DNA of 63,904 bases, the filler included, from Octopus bimaculoides (Eukaryota): NCBI RefSeq assembly GCF_001194135.2. It is 5 parts of 5 records of this genome, joined end to end, with 100 filler letters (N's around TTAATTAATTAA, not from the genome) between each part and the next. Parts side by side here need not be neighbours in the genome. Positions count along the whole stretch, not along the records: positions 61,931 to 63,904 come from NW_026299330.1; 4 more parts are not named here. The stretch is one strand, 5' to 3'. Below are positions 62,243 through 63,904 of this stretch, one piece after another. The notes beneath the pieces were generated by a model. The model was not told the DNA's origin, ran no database searches, and saw only the letters and a list, made by a program, of their open reading frames with translations. How positions within the stretch are numbered: position 1 is the first letter of the stretch; the number at the start of each line of letters is the position of its first letter. The position numbers were made by a program, and so were the translations under genes.

Positions 62243-63182
62243 NNNNNNNNNNNNNNNNNNNNNNNNNNNNNNNNNNNNNNNNNNNNNNNNNNNNNNNNNN
62301 NNNNNNNNNNNNNNNNNNNNNNNNNNNNNNNNNNNNNNNNNNNNNNNNNNNNNNNNNNNNNNNNNNNNNNNNNNNNNNNNNNNNNNNNNNNNNNNNNNNN
62401 NNNNNNNNNNNNNNNNNNNNNNNNNNNNNNNNNNNNNNNNNNNNNNNNNNNNNNNNNNNNNNNNNNNNNNNNNNNNNNNNNNNNNNNNNNNNNNNNNNNN
62501 NNNNNNNNNNNNNNNNNNNNNNNNNNNNNNNNNNNNNNNNNNNNNNNNNNNNNNNNNNNNNNNNNNNNNNNNNNNNNNNNNNNNNNNNNNNNNNNNNNNN
62601 NNNNNNNNNNNNNNNNNNNNNNNNNNNNNNNNNNNNNNNNNNNNNNNNNNNNNNNNNNNNNNNNNNNNNNNNNNNNNNNNNNNNNNNNNNNNNNNNNNNN
62701 NNNNNNNNNNNNNNNNNNNNNNNNNNNNNNNNNNNNNNNNNNNNNNNNNNNNNNNNNNNNNNNNNNNNNNNNNNNNNNNNNNNNNNNNNNNNNNNNNNNN
62801 NNNNNNNNNNNNNNNNNNNNNNNNNNNNNNNNNNNNNNNNNNNNNNNNNNNNNNNNNNNNNNNNNNNNNNNNNNNNNNNNNNNNNNNNNNNNNNNNNNNN
62901 NNNNNNNNNNNNNNNNNNNNNNNNNNNNNNNNNNNNNNNNNNNNNNNNNNNNNNNNNNNNNNNNNNNNNNNNNNNNNNNNNNNNNNNNNNNNNNNNNNNN
63001 NNNNNNNNNNNNNNNNNNNNNNNNNNNNNNNNNNNNNNNNNNNNNNNNNNNNNNNNNNNNNNNNNNNNNNNNNNNNNGTACCAGGGGGGGGGACAGCAAA
63101 AGTGTGGCACCAGGAATTCTATCAGGCACCACAGGGCCTATCTACATGTGTGTATGAGTGTGAGTGTATATATATTTATACA

Positions 63183-63194
<12 letters not shown>

Positions 63195-63240
<46 letters not shown>

Positions 63241-63421
63241 CATACAGATAAATAAATAGATTGATAGACAGGTAGAGAGATAGATAGATAGAGAGATAGA
63301 TAGACAGACATAGATAAATAGACAGATAGATAAATAGATAGATAGATAGATAGACAGATAGATAAATAGACAGATAGATAAATAGACAGATAGATAAATA
63401 GCTAGATAGACAGATAGATAG

Positions 63422-63456
<35 letters not shown>

Positions 63457-63904
63457 TATATAGATAGATTATAGATAGATAGATAGATAAATAGATAGGC
63501 AGATATAAAGATAAATAGATAGAGAGAGAGAGATAAATAGATAGATAGATAAATGTGCATGCGAGTGTATACATGAATCTTTAAGTGAACACTTGTGTGT
63601 ATGTGTGGCTATCTCTCTCTCTTTCTCTACATCTCTCTCTCTCTCTTTCTCTACATCTCTCTCTCTCTTTCTCTACATCTCTCTCTCTCTCTCTATCTCT
63701 ATATATCCATCCCTCTGTATAACCTTAACCCTTCTCTCCTTCTTCTCTCTCTTTCCTTCTCCTTTTCTTTCTCTCCATCTCTGTCTATCCATCTACCTAT
63801 ACACACACACACACACACACATCTGTCTATCCTTCCATTAGTCAGCTAACCAGATCCCCCCCCCAGCCCATCTACCCACCAACCGACCAACCGACCAACC
63901 AACC
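63195..63904. repeat. Compound (TA)n/(GATA)n/(CT)n/(CA)n/(CCAA)n simple repeats
   Basis: Read directly from the sequence. Confidence 0.95.

Noticed and set aside
33-63849. The many 60-430 aa ORFs rich in X, CVCV, YIYI, HTHT or LSLS
   Set aside because: They are translations of dinucleotide/tetranucleotide repeats and N-gaps, not genes.

Overview
AT-rich, microsatellite-saturated animal genomic DNA from a gappy draft scaffold. The SINE and MITE families resemble, from memory and not from a database search, those of coleoid cephalopods (Octopus). Nearly all long ORFs in the supplied track are artefacts of (CA)n/(TA)n/(GATA)n/(CATA)n repeats or N-gaps. The real content is mostly transposon debris: two near-full-length mariner elements, three DD37D (maT-type) fragments, a 5'-truncated Tx1/L1-type LINE, two copies of a REL-endonuclease LINE 3' end, RTE and Penelope-like fragments, many tRNA-derived SINEs and several MITE/fold-back elements. 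A few isolated exon-like segments suggest one or more large-intron genes that I cannot name: 32095-32224 and a Cys-rich symmetrical exon at 4386-4565. The most notable finds are two type I hammerhead ribozyme folds on the + strand. One (22746-22816) is complete, with an extended stem I carrying an internal loop. The other (28059-28101) is minimal with a palindromic stem III and sits inside a 299-bp unit bounded by identical 41-bp direct repeats, resembling a retrozyme or Penelope pLTR. Four 100-bp N-TTAATTAATTAA-N spacers are artificial scaffold joins, so adjacency across them is unverified.
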